Shown here: positions 1 to 12,900 of the stretch, one piece after another
How positions within the stretch are numbered: the first letter of the stretch is position 1
Layout: each line of letters opens with the position of its first letter
Origin: Phoronis australis
Taxonomy: Eukaryota > Animalia > Phoronida
DNA: 48,729 nucleotides
NCBI GenBank assembly: GCA_002633005.1
Contig: NMRA01000356.1
Coordinates: 385,095-433,823 of the forward strand
Reading direction: 5' to 3'
Program-made: the position numbers and the translations under genes
Notes under the pieces: model-generated
The model's input: only the letters and a program-made list of their open reading frames with translations
What the model was told of the DNA's origin: nothing
Database searches by the model: none

Positions 1-561
1 TGCCCACACTAAGTTTCCGACTGCAGTGCACTAGATAAAACATGTATTCGAAAAAATCAGACTGGAAAATGGGACAGTGGATTTGCCAATCCTCAAAATT
101 TGAATTTGATTCCCGCAACTCACGGAAAGGTGTCAAATACTCCCAATTTTGATGACATTCTCCCTCTAATTCTTCCAATGTCAGTGATCACATGATCGGG
201 AATGTGAGGTGACCAAGGTCAGTGATCACTATGATCGGTATCGGATTTGAGGTGAATGAAGGGTGCTGTGTGTCTTAATTAGTGATTTGTGTTCTTGGAT
301 AGGTATACTAATTGATTTTACCTTCTATCCCGATTTATGGGGACAAATTGCGTCATAACAGTAGCATATCACTAAACAATCGAATAAGCTGAGTTCCTGT
401 GTGAGCTCATTTTTAGAATATATCTGGACAGCTGATTCACTTATCAAGGGTGTGTGGATTGTCAAACTAGAGAACTTTGCATTGTGGAAAAACTTTGACG
501 AAATATTTGATCAGATTGACAGGTAACACGTAAACAGACTGTGGACGTGGAGGGTAGCAGA

Positions 562-582
562 ATGACATTCTATTCTGGGATT
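562..582 (+). CDS. Candidate first coding mini-exon of the GLUT gene (MTFYSGI)
   Basis: ATG ACA TTC TAT TCT GGG ATT followed by gtaagg, a phase-0 donor compatible with the 9835 exon; human SLC2A1 also has a very short first coding exon. Could be chance. Confidence 0.25.
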
Positions 583-732
583 GTAAGGTTGCTGATCTAG
601 CGCTTTAACCAATCCTGCGGGCTGATAGTGACAGCCTTTCATGACTAGGAAACAAAAACTAATTGTTTGATCTTAATTATTTAAAAATCACTCGTGTTTG
701 GTTCCATGCACAACCTTTATTTTTGTAATTAG

Positions 733-859
733 CATTTTTTGTGAACTAGGTCTGCACATAACCACCATCTGAGGGATAGAGCAATGGGGCTGCACATAAC
801 CTAAGACCACCATCTGAGGGTGGTCATAGGTTACGTGTAGCCCTATTTCACAAAAAATG
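733..859. repeat. Short imperfect palindrome (MITE-like) with an internal partial duplication
   Basis: cattttttgtgaa...ttcacaaaaaatg outer arms; gggctgcacataacctaagaccacc / gggtggtcataggttacgtgtagccc inner arms. Confidence 0.55.
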
Positions 860-1365
860 GGGTGACCAGCATAGGAAAAGGCGGCTAAATTTCTGATTTT
901 TGGGTTAGGAAGAACAGAAATTTTTACACCTACACTAGGTCATCAACTTAAATGTTAAGAATAGGGCATTTGCATAGTCCTAACTATGCTATTGTATAGC
1001 AGGAACTAAACAAAGTGCAGTATTCATTGACAAATATGTGAAAACAGAAAATTCTGCAAATAGGTAACTTTTGCACTAATTACGTATCTCATGGGCTCAC
1101 ATAACCTTCATCATGCAGTGTTATTCCTTAACACCACGTCACGATCACTGGACACGGTTCAATGATTTCCACCGAATCATTTTTACCACAACACTTGGCA
1201 ATTTTCAACCTACTTTATATTCAAATCATTGCAATACCTTGTGTTTCTAATTTGGCCAAGCAATTACACAGATAAAGAATTTGCATGTAAGTTCCACTTT
1301 AACAATCGCCTTTGGTTCCTTTATTTTCAATAGAAAAATGGATAAAAAGTCTTCACCTTGTTTAA

Positions 1366-2790
1366 GGTTATCTCCAACCTTATTCATCAAAATGGTCATT
1401 TTACAATATTTCACATGTGTCTTGTAAAATACCTCATCTTCATTCTCGGGGAACTTCAAATACAAACTATATACTGCGTAGCGAGAAAAAAAGATTTAAC
1501 AGAACCACTGGCACCTGGGAACCGCACAACTGCGTGGATATTTGTTTACTACTTATCCAAGGTCAAAGGTTAAAGGGCTTTCAATCAAATCTAATCTTCC
1601 GCCAGGTACAGACCAGCTTCATATACCCTCAGTCCTTTCATTCATAAAATCGCCATAACATTGAGTAAACAAGCTGTACTTAAGGTAGAATTGTGCCGGG
1701 GAAAACAAAAACAAAACGTAGTTTTGATCCTAAGGGAGTTGTGCGTCTACATGCATACGACCGTTGGCGTTGAGAAAGAATGCTATGGTCTCCTCAGGCC
1801 CCTGTGGTCATCAACACGGCAAATTGTGAAAAGAGATAAATCCTCACCCTACTTCCTTCATTTAATTAAAAAATTGACATTTCAACATTTTGATCTCATG
1901 TTAACGCCATGCTTTAACCACAGATTCAATTTTTGTTATCCATTTCTTACTTTGTTTCGTATCAGTCTCCCAGCACGTGATGTGTACAGGCTACGTGTAT
2001 AACAATGAACTGTGACCTATTTATAAAAGTAGGTCAAATATTCGCAAATATCAGTAAGAGTTAGCTGGGAAAGGTACGTTTTAATGATAATTAAGTTAAT
2101 TACGCCACTGCAAAATCAGTTGACATTGCGAGTGAATGCTGAAATTGTGAACATGTTTAAGGCTTGTATAGGTTATGTGTACCGAAAACAAGCTTTCACC
2201 GAATAATAAACCGAAGACTGAGATTTTCACTCTTCCCAGTTAAATCGACTTTTTCTCGGCTTCGGCAGATCGACTTCATTTGAACTTAGGAACACAAGTT
2301 CTCGAAAATGACTCAGTGGATGATTTCGCTGAAACTTTCCAAATTTAATATTTAGTCAGTCTCAAAAACACTGTTAGGATTTTCGATATAAAGGCCTATT
2401 TTTTGGTAATGTAACAAAGGCGAATGCGACTTCCGTTTTTACAGAGATACCTTATATTTTGCGAGTTGATTTGTCATAGAAACCAAACGAAAAGACTAAT
2501 AAAAAATTCTTAACAGTGTTTTTGAGGTAACTGGTGAAGTTTTCATTTATAAAAAGTTTCATTAAAATCGACCGAGGGGTTAGTTTGCTATGAATGTACC
2601 TTTCTTAAAAATAAAATTTTGACTTAAAAAAGATTTTCATGTAAAAATAATAATGGTACATTACTTCAAAAAGTATTTTCATATTCCCTCATCTTTTTTC
2701 TTTCAGAAAATATATACTTTTAATAGTTAACAAAGCTTAGTTTTTTGATATACTAGTTAGAATAGAGACCATTAAATAAGACTGGAGAAT
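1366..2790. mobile_element. Non-autonomous TTAA-flanked element (Kolobok-like, GG..CC termini), copy 1; right end eroded
   Basis: TTAA|GGTTATCTC at 1362-1374; about 2090-2785 aligns by eye with about 4660-4731 plus 6259-6885, which ends GAGATAACC|TTAA. Confidence 0.6.
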
Positions 2791-4659
2791 GCCACCTGGT
2801 GACAGTTGGGTGTAATTGTGTGGGTCAGCCTGTCTGCACTGTTTTACAGCTGATATGCGAAATTGATATCATTCTGAGATTATCAGGTTGAAGAGCTGTT
2901 TAAATGAATAAGCCTTTATTGCCTAGTTACATTGGTGCATGGTGTACTTACATAAGTGACTGATTTGTTTAGTAATTACTTCATTGTCTGAAAGTTGACC
3001 TGTAGTAGGAATATTACCAAGCAGCATGACAAGCTCTCTCAACAGGGTTTCCCACTATGAACAGCTTTCTGGCTCTGTAACAGCTGAGGTAAATCTAGTT
3101 ATCTTGGTGTCTGTCTGTTTTGTGTGGTAACTTCTATGCAACTGTTGTTTCCTGACATCAAAGAGAGATGAAAAGGTTCAACCTCTGGATTTGTCAAATA
3201 TCATAAATCATGAAAGGGAGTACCCCTTACTTCTTGTTGGCCAGTCATCTGTAAATTGTTCATTATAATATTTGTTGCTGTAAAGCCAGCCATGTATAAA
3301 CACAGTCGGCTTGATTTTGTGGTTTGTCACATTCCCACCAACTCTACACTCCCTTGTTTTGCATTTTGTTTGTCTCATGTTCATTTCATATTCAGCTAAC
3401 ACTGTGCATTAGAATTGTTTTTGATACCAACAAAGTCACCCAATCTCTCTTTGAGTGAAATCAACATTTTACATCAAAACTGAACATATTACATACGACC
3501 ATATTTTAAAACAAGCCAAGAGATTTTCAAGACATGAAGTTAACGAACATATGCTCGGGAGTCCATTTATAATATTTATGAAAATATGCCCATCGTTACG
3601 CACCCGCGCTGTGGAATGAGTATTCCGACTCAATGGTCGGCCAGTTGGGATACATGCAGCCAGTTTTGTTACCAGTTTAACAGTGGCAAACCAATGTTTC
3701 CATGGTCCTGCTCTCTTGTTGTCTGCTTCATCTGATGCCCATGTAATCCAGCAATGATGTTATAAACAGCGCACCTGACCACTACCCAATATTTAAAAAA
3801 TACTATCTGTAAACACTTTTCAACAGATGTCAGGAAGCAGATGTGTTTCGTATGAAATACTTTCACCAAAAAACTTTGAATGAAAAGAAAAAACAGCGGT
3901 TGACTTTCATAGAAATTAGACTTAACTTTCACCTGTTGATTCCTTTCTGTAAGCTGTGACCAGCTTAACCACAGTATTATGTACCAACACAAAAGACTCG
4001 CTAAAGTTTAGTGGAGGGTCATTCTATGTAGATTGTGATATTAGAAAGTCTTGATTTTTACACTCCAGGAGAATGGTACCTAATGCATGGGTGTAGTTTT
4101 GGTGGGTCTTAATGTTCTTAGATTCCTAATACATTCCAACATTTTAGTTTTAGTCTATCTGCCATTTATGGAATTTGGATTATCAGGGGTGGAAACGATG
4201 ACGAACTTCGATCCTCTTTAACCCCAGTCCCAGACCAGCAAATGGCAATTGCTAAATCAGAGTTATAACCTCTGAATCTATGCTCGAGCTCCTATATTCT
4301 ACGCAGGCGTTAAAAATATTCCGTACCCGGAGAACTAACTCCAGACCCTGAGTCACAGTCAAAACTCATTTTTGACGGATATTAGTAGCTGCTTTAAATG
4401 TATTACCATTGCACAAGCATTGATGTTTTTTTGTGAACTCGTATACTGCTAGGTCAATGTTAACTTATATAAGCTGAAGGGCTATAGAAAAAATAAAAAA
4501 ACGGACAATCGTCGCACAAATAAAAAAGTTCTTGTTCATTCAACGTTTTATCTATTCATAAGATATCATCAGGTTAATATATGCAATAAGGCAGCAAGTG
4601 TGGAATACCAGTCAGGTCACATCCATTTGATCGAAATGTGCTCTGATTATGCATTCGCC

Positions 4660-6890
4660 CAGTTAAGTTAACAACGCATTACAAATTCATTTGACATTGC
4701 GAGTGAATATTGAAACAGCGAAAATGGTTAAAGGAGAATGCCACCCAATTTAATTTGTCTTTTTACTTTCTTAATCAGTCTATATCCACATCATTTCCTA
4801 TACGATCTTACCTCACCGAGAGGTGTCGCGTTAACCTGTGAGAAAGGTGAGCAAAAACAACACAGTGACGTCAGGGGTTCTTCTGCAGAGTGAGTGCCGC
4901 TGTGGTGTGGTGTATCGTTCCCGCTTGTGTGAACTATGAAGCTGCGAGGAAAGCAGGTATATCATTTTTTCGATTTCCTCGAGAGCCCGAAATGCTTTGG
5001 AAGTGGCTCGCTTCAGTGAAGAATGAAAAGTCCGCTGTTAATACCAAGTATGAGTCTGTGAAACATCTCTGTGTCTGTGTCTGGCATTTCATCAACATTG
5101 ATTTCACTGACGAATGCTGGCTTACCAAACAACTCATGCCCGGGCAGAATAAGAGGCTGATATATATTCGAGATTGCAAGTTGCCATATTGACATTTATT
5201 ATTGTGTGTTCTATTTCCAATGAATTATTCTCACCCTAAACAATGTTTATATAAAACTGAAACAAAGTGTCACAGTCTGTCTCATTAGATACAATTTGTA
5301 ATTCCTTTAGAGTGTTCATGAGTGCAAATGTTTTGAGAAGCCAGCAATGAATATATCACTGCATTACCAGCCTTAGATGTATAGCTAATTGACCAGGCAC
5401 AAGACCCTACGTGTGAGCGCATGCTAATTCAGTGTTTGCTGATAAAAAGGTGTTGTGAAACAATAACTTGATTTCATATGCTAACTGAAGGTCAGATGTT
5501 AGGGTAATCTTTATCTAGATTTTCATATACATTATTTGAATCATTGTTACTGAACAACTTTTGCCATAAGGTTTCTGTGGAAGGGGAACCTGACTTTGTA
5601 GTTTTGCTAATTCACCAAAATAATAATGCACATGTTATTTCTTTAGCACACTAGTGCAGTCTTTTCATGACTCGAAGTTTAGTTTCCAACTTTGGCTGGT
5701 TTATGTTCATGATGTCTTCAGTCCGGCCGCAACGGGCCTGATCGGGTTCAGAGCCTGTGGCTGGGATAACAAACGTTTTGTGTGTTTAGAACTGAAAAAA
5801 TCGCAAGTTTAAAATTGCAACACACAGCTATGTTCTCCTGTCTGTATTTCACTGAAGATTAATTCAAATTTATCTCCTAACTCCTGCGACTGACCTTGGT
5901 AAATTGGCCTACCGAACTTTGTAGGCTACGGTACACTCAAATACCTATAAATCTGTAACAGCGAAATAAAACACAACAAGTTTGTTCAAGAACTCGATGT
6001 ATTTGTAAGGGTTTTACATAGAATTTTGATGATTTATTAGTGTAAAACGATGAATTCAAGTGTTAAACTCACATCAGTAAGCATGTTGTGAACTGCTGAA
6101 CAGACTGAGTTTGAACCTGTGACGTCATTGGTTAATTTCAACACCTCCGTCTACCGTCAGGTGTTAGGTAAAAGAACTGAACTTGCTGTTATTGAGTGGA
6201 ACTACTCGATCTAAATTCATACAAAATAGGTTGTTGTTTGGGTGGCATTCTCCTTTAAGCCATGCATTGGTTATATTGACCGAAAACAAGTTTTCACCAA
6301 GTAATTAGCCGAAGACCTTGAGCTTTTCACGTGTCCCAATTTAATCGGCTTTTTCTTGGCTCCTGCAATTGATTTAATTCAAAGTTAGGAACACCAGTTC
6401 TCGAAAACGACTTGGTGGATTTCACTGAAACTTTCCAAAATTAGTATTTATTCATCAATCTCAAAAAAGCTAATAGGATTATCGATATAAAAGCCTAGTT
6501 TTTGCGTAATGTAACAAAGACGAACACGAATGCTATTTTCTTACAAAAATACCTTACGTTTTTTGAGTTGATTGGTCATAGAAACCAAACTAAAAGACAA
6601 ATTGAATATTCCTAGCAGCGGTTTTCAGGTAACTGGTGAAGTTTTCATTTAAAGGTTTCATTAAAATCAACTGAGGGGATATTTTGGTGTGAATGTACCT
6701 TTCTTAAGAACAAATTTTTGACTTAAAAAAGGTGTTAATGTAATAATAATAATGGCACATACGTATAAAACAATTTTTATTATCCCTGATCTTTTTTCTT
6801 TCAGAGAATATACTTTTACTAGTTGACAAAGCCTGGTTTTTTGATATACGAGTTAGATTGAGGCCACTAAATTAAAGATTTGAGATAACC
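4660..6890. mobile_element. Same GG..CC family, copy 2, interrupted by a THAP-Kolobok insertion; left boundary approximate
   Basis: Ends GAGATAACC|TTAA (6882-6894); homologous to copy 1 on both sides of the 4732-6254 insertion. Confidence 0.65.
4732..6254 (+). mobile_element. Kolobok-type DNA transposon, internally deleted, copy A, with decayed THAP domain
   Basis: TTAA TSD (4728-4731, 6255-6258); TIR AGGAGAATGCCACCC / GGGTGGCATTCTCCT; THAP-like VWCIVPAC..FFRFP..W..VCVWHF at about 4905-5160. TTAA + purine-purine termini + THAP is the Kolobok signature. Confidence 0.85.
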
Positions 6891-7427
6891 TTAACCATGG
6901 CAAAAAATTTGTAGTTCAGATTTAACTATGTCAAGCAAGGTTATTAGTTTTAATAGTACATATTAAGTTAAAAAGGAAACGGAACATGGTTGGTTCACTT
7001 TGGCTTATGAATTACCTTGTATTGTTGTAAACTGAATGATTATGTATCAGGACCGACTTTATCATCAAAGGCTATTGTTGAATTGTAAATTATGTAACTT
7101 CCTGATTGTTGTAATATCGAATCGTAAGCGGGTTAGACATGCAGCCATTTGTAACACCATTATCTGAATGACAGAACTGTGACTGATCATGGGACACAGC
7201 GCTGGCATGCTGTGTGATCAGAAGGCAGACCTGTAATCTAACAAAACTTTTCACTCATGAAGGGTCTTAAGATGGTTGATCAGCCTTCTGATGACCTACT
7301 CTCGAACCCCCCATAAGGTTGGCCCTTTCTCATGTGGTTGGTTCCACTGCTATTGAAGCTTCGGTGTTAAAAGTGGTTAATTGTGAAGATGAGCGTTATA
7401 CACATGCACCCACGCACGTACATACAT

Positions 7428-8740
7428 CTACCCACGCTGCTTTATAAATACGTGGGCGCATTATGCCGTCATCTCCATCCATACGGCGTCCATCCGGCAT
7501 CCGCTGCTCTATCTCCAAAGCCCTTTGAGATACGTTCATGAAATTTTGCAAATATTTTCTTATCATGGATGGGACAGCATGAACGAATTTTCAGACGGAT
7601 CCGACTACTGGTGTGCCCTCTAGTGGCAGTTTTAGTTTTTTACGCTTACCTCTATATCTTCAAAGGTCCTCAACATATTTTCATAAAATTTGTCATATAA
7701 GCATCTATTAGTGAGATAATGCTTTCCTTCCATTTGCCGATGGATTCGACATAGTTTGCACCACCTAGTGGCCATTTTTTGCTGTTTTCGAGTCTGGTTT
7801 TTGGCGTCCACCCCTCTATCAACCAAATAGCTCTAAGGAGGATTGTGAAAATTGGCATGTATGTTCTTAATACGAAGCTGACGATGATTTTCCGACGACT
7901 TCGACTACTGTGGCGATTTCTAGTGGCAGTTTTGTTTTTTTGCGTCCATAGCTGTATCTCCTAAACGGTTTGCAGCATCTTTGCTAATTTTAGCAACTGT
8001 ATTTGTACGATGTTGACAACGGATTACAACAACTTTTGGACGGATCTGACTACCAGTGTGTCCCCTAGTGGAAATTTTCATTTTTTAGGCGTACCTCTGT
8101 ATCTTCAGAGATCCTCAACGGATTATCTGAAAGTTTGGAATAATATAGGCATTTGTTGGTGAGATGATCAGATGCTATCCTCCGGCTTTTGGATGGAATT
8201 GAGGTACTTCGCGCCACCTAGTGGCCATTTTTCCTGTTTTCAAGTCTTGTTTTTTGGCGTCCACCCCTCGATCAACCAAACCATTCTGAGGATGATTTTT
8301 GAAAATTGGCGTATTATGTTCTCAGGGTGAAGAGTACGGTTGGATAACAAATTCAACTACTGTGGCACCTCCTAGTGGTAGTTTCGTTTTGTTTTGTGCC
8401 TGTAGCTGCATCTCCTAAACTCACTGTACAGGATTTTTATTAAGTAATTGTATTTATATGAAGCTAACAACAGACGACGACGTCTTTCAGGCGGATCCAA
8501 TGAACGCTGTGCCCCATAGTGGCAATTTCATTTTTCTGTTTTCCTTTGTTTCACTAAAGTTCGTTGACAGGTTTTTATGAAATTTGGTGAATAGGTTTCT
8601 ATTAAAGAAGCATTTTCAGATGGATTGGGCATTTTTTCACCATCTAGTGGCTATTTTTATGAAACAAATAAACAACCCTAGAAGCACTCCATTTGCAGTA
8701 CATTTGTGGGCACATTTCAACGCTCTGCGTTGCTCTTGTT
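7428..8740 (+). mobile_element. Helentron/DINE-1-like non-autonomous element with an internal ~150-bp tandem array
   Basis: 5' stem-loop cccacg..cgtggg, degenerate (CCAT/CCGT) microsatellite, repeated core, 3' gtgggcacatt + hairpin caacgc-tct-gcgttg + CTCTTGTT; no TSD evident. Confidence 0.7.
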
Positions 8741-9834
8741 TATATGTATAATTATACATTGTCTCCTGGGAAGTTTTCTTTTTTGTTGCAAATGCTTCTA
8801 TTAATCATCAAAGTTTTTTTTTAAGTTTTGATCTTTAATTTTAGGAAATTGGTTAAATTACTTGGCACTTTATGTACCACTCAGATTACTACATATATAA
8901 GCTAAGCTTGCATTGTGAAAATGTTTGCTAAAGTAGGTTACCAGTGGTTACTGAGTGTACTTATGTCCAAGTCAAAGATTCCCAACGACATGTTACGCAC
9001 ATTTAAACTGGAGATTGATGATTTTCAAGTGAGAGAAAATGACACATAAATTTTACTGGATTAAACATGTTGTTTTTATTGAAATTGTATCTTATTTTTC
9101 ACTGCTTAATAAATGGCAATACGATGCAGTTTGTTGAACATGCGATTATTGCCTGTCCTCATTTAAGTATTCAATTTTCACTGTGATGATGTCAGCTGCT
9201 GAACGGCTACACGAAACTTGAGCGTGTTCAAATCTGGCCTCATGTTCCCACCAAAATGTTAATCAACAGGCATTGATTAACAAAATGGGTTAATCAAGGG
9301 TTTTAATGGCCACGTCAGGCTGATTATGTGGCATAATAATGCATAAAAATGATTTCTGGTGATCAGTGTGATGGGACCGTCTGAGCGGCCCGCGCACGTC
9401 CGGTACATTTACCATATCGCCTACAATTATTTTCTTACCACCTGGTGTATTTCTGTTGGCAAAATCTGCTATCCTAAAGGACAATTTTTGACCACCTTTT
9501 GGCAATATGGTGTATTTTCATGTCATTTCCATGTTTGCTGACATCGATAGGGATAAAAGAGAACTTTTCAAGCAATAGCACGAATGCCACCAGCCCTCTC
9601 CTCACTCAAAACTGGTTAGAGTTGTGTAAAAAAATCTGGTAGATTTTCTTTTCTGTAAAAGTAACTAAAATACCTCATCATGGACTTAACTTTCAAAAAA
9701 GCTAACAAAACCAATTGTGCTTTTTTGGCTTTGTGTCTGCCAGTGAACTTATGAAGTATTTGGCAGCTTCAGTTACTTAATGTTTTTTTTTTTAATTCGG
9801 TGAATTTACAGTATTTTGTATGTGTGTATTTCAG

Positions 9835-9930
9835 GGCCTGACACTTCGTCTTTTGCTGAGTATCACTTCGGCTGTCATGGGTTCATTTCAGTTTGGTTGG
9901 AACACTGGCGTGATCAATGTTCCACAAAAG
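9835..9930 (+). CDS. SLC2A1: GLUT exon ([32 protein letters not shown]), TM1
   Basis: ttcag| ... AAG|gtaagt; 96 nt, same size as human SLC2A1 exon 2. Confidence 0.95.
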
Positions 9931-12900
9931 GTAAGTGCCGACTCTGTTATGAATGCATCACCTTGGTCATTACGGTTGGTGGTAAGGTGCAGGATTCTTG
10001 TTGTTCTTCCTGTGTGTTGTTTTGTTATCTTGGTAACAACGAGAACATCATAACTTATATCAAGATATGTTACTTAACTGTAAACTCAGTGTGTCTTTTG
10101 TTGGGAGATGAACAAGTATTGTTACAGTGCATATAGGTTATACATTCGTGGAAATGGTTTTAAATACTTGCCAATCGCCACTGCCACATGACAGTGAAAT
10201 GATGGGGGGGTTCTATCTTACTTTCTGATAAGCGATATTTCTGTTGTTTGTTTTGATTAGAGAAACACGGTTCAAAAGAACAAAATATTTAACAGGTATG
10301 ACCAAATCGAGTCTTCAATGACACAGTTGAAATGCCTTCACTGTTCAAGTGCTGCACAACTATGTTTTATTGTCGTGTCATAACTTTCTCACGAGCTTGC
10401 AACAGCATCCTTGCTTACTGAGTGGGCGATAAGTACTGTCAGTGTTGCCAGCAGCAAATAGGAAATTAGTGACAAAATTTTAATCTTGTTGTATGTGTCA
10501 TTCAGATTTTATTGAATATTCAGGTGCTCTTATGCTTGAATATACCAGGAACTTGTGATCATTGACTAAGAGTGCGTGTTTAATTGTTGCCAGACAAGAA
10601 AAATGCAGCACAGGAAAGCATGCTCGTCATAAGTCTGAAGTACACGTGACTGCTCTGTTTGAATTTTCAAATGACACGTTACTTAATTGTCACCCTGTGG
10701 ATGTGTTGATTTCAGCTTGTCATTGACTGGCATCATGATGTATACATACAATAAGTTTACTTAGTTGTCTCCCCGTGGATGTGTTGATTTCAGCTTGTCA
10801 TTGACTGGCATCATGATGTATACATACAATAAGTTTACTTAGTTGCCTCCCCGTGGATGTGTTGATGCCAGCTTGTCATTGACTGGCATCATGATGTATA
10901 CATACAATAAGTTTACTTAGTTGTCTCCCCATGGATGTGTTGATTTCAGCTTGTCATTGACTGGCATCATGATGTATACATACGGTAAAGTCGCGTGATT
11001 TTCGGACGGCCGCCATTTTCGACCAAGAATAAATATTTCCGAGATGAGTTCTTCATAGTCCACGAAATTCGTACAAGGTCCAAAAACTGTTTTTTAATGA
11101 TCTTCGAACTTCGGACAATGTCATAAACGTCGGATTTTTGCCCCGCGACTTTCGGACAAGGAAAATTTTAGAAACGCTAATTTGGGATCGACGCAACTCC
11201 CGTGTCACTAAAGCGTTCAACGGATGATTACTACTCTATAAGGCTTGAATCTGAGAATTGGTGTAACGGGCTTTGTAATTTTTACCTTGTCTTGACGATG
11301 TCATGACCGTTACTCGATTGTCTTGCGTTTAGCTTGTGTTTGGCGCTTTAGCTATGGAAAGAGTCACCGAGTCCCGCATGACGAAAATTTCTGATGAAAA
11401 TACAAATGGGAAATACACCGAAGGCTGCAGTTTTTCGTTGTAGCGTAACATGTGCTCTGGTTTAATTAGACCGTGTTGTTCGACTTCGGACTGTGACATT
11501 GAACTTGCACGCCTGACATCAACTTGCGTGTTTACGAAACGTTTTTATTTTTAAAACGTCCTGGCCTTTGCAAATGCCCTTGTTAGTGGCTAAAATCTCC
11601 GGCGACGTGTCCCGATTTTATTCTTGACGTGATGAGAAATATTTTTTGTTTAGGCCCCCATTCACAATAGGCCACAGCTAAGTCTGTCCGTAGGATATCG
11701 CGCGTTCAAAGTAGTGTAGATAGTGAACAGCAGCAGCCGAATGAGACGGAGCCAAAGTAAAGCTGGTTAAAAATCAAACATAGTGCAAGGCCCAGCACTC
11801 AGAAAGGGGCGCGGCGCACACGCAATTGTTACAGAGACATTGCATCCCTGTCCTATGTTGTGTAAGCGCCGGTGTGCTATAACACATATCAAAAACTAAT
11901 GTACATCCACGTAACCACGTTTCATTACCCTTACAAATTGTCTGTTGCTCTCTGATAAGCATCGCAGATGCAAGAATCTCGCTAAAGAAGATAGTGTGAT
12001 CGTGTGCTTCGTTTGCAATGCCTCACCAAACGTCTCGACGTCTTCAGTCTAGCGTGTTCGTGAGATTCTCACCCTTGCGCCCCTGGTCGCAGACTAGGGT
12101 AGAGTTCAGTAGCTGTCTTGGGAAATACAAAAATCTAGCCAAAATCACGCTTTCAATTCAAAAACACAATACATCAGGTAATTTCATGAATTCTTGCTTT
12201 TTAGCGAAGTTCTAGCGTTACGAGCTTTACCCCAGATGTAAACCTAAAAAAGATTTAACTTGCGGCGACCCAATTTTGCTTGCTCATCCACTGGTCTGTG
12301 TACTTGTGGTCTTGTTAATTCACACCCTGTACCGTCTGAGGTACAACACCCTGAACTCCATGGTGTCCCGAGATTAAGATGAATCCCGACAAGGACACCG
12401 GGACCCTGTGGCACTCTCTGTCTGCGGCGGCTAAGAAAATCCTCCACCAATCATTTCGAAAAATGACAAGTCAGTTGAATCAGATTTGGTAGTCGTTGCT
12501 TCTTGTGGTCCTAGGGGTAGGCTAACAAGAATACAGGACCTGGAGTCCGATGCAACGGGCTTGGAACCTGATAAGTGTTTCCGACCCGGAGTTCGATATC
12601 TACTTTCCACAGGACCTTGCCTTCTTGTCCATGTTACCGCCTTCAGTTGATAGTTTTGAGACAAAAAAGAAACGTGATCTTAAACTACAGACCATGTTTT
12701 TTGTATTACTTAATATAGTTTTAGAGGCATTTCAGCTGTAAGTGTGTTTAATTGTGTTGACTGTTACATTGCTAATTATTATTGTTCTATTTTTACCCGA
12801 GGTGATGCCTTACTTGCAGCAAGGGTAAATAATTTTGGGAAGTATTACCAGCGATTTCCGTATATAAGTTGGGGAAACCAAACGTCTTATGTAAAAATAC

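Noticed and set aside
2784-2803. GGAGAATGCCACC matching the THAP-Kolobok TIR (also CTCF-like on -)
   Set aside because: No TTAA and no further homology; too short to call.
1366-6890. A single 5.5-kb composite element bounded by GGTTATCTC/GAGATAACC and TTAA
   Set aside because: The interior holds two direct copies of the same right-end region separated by unrelated DNA; two separate insertions are simpler, and TTAA is invariant so it cannot pair the ends.
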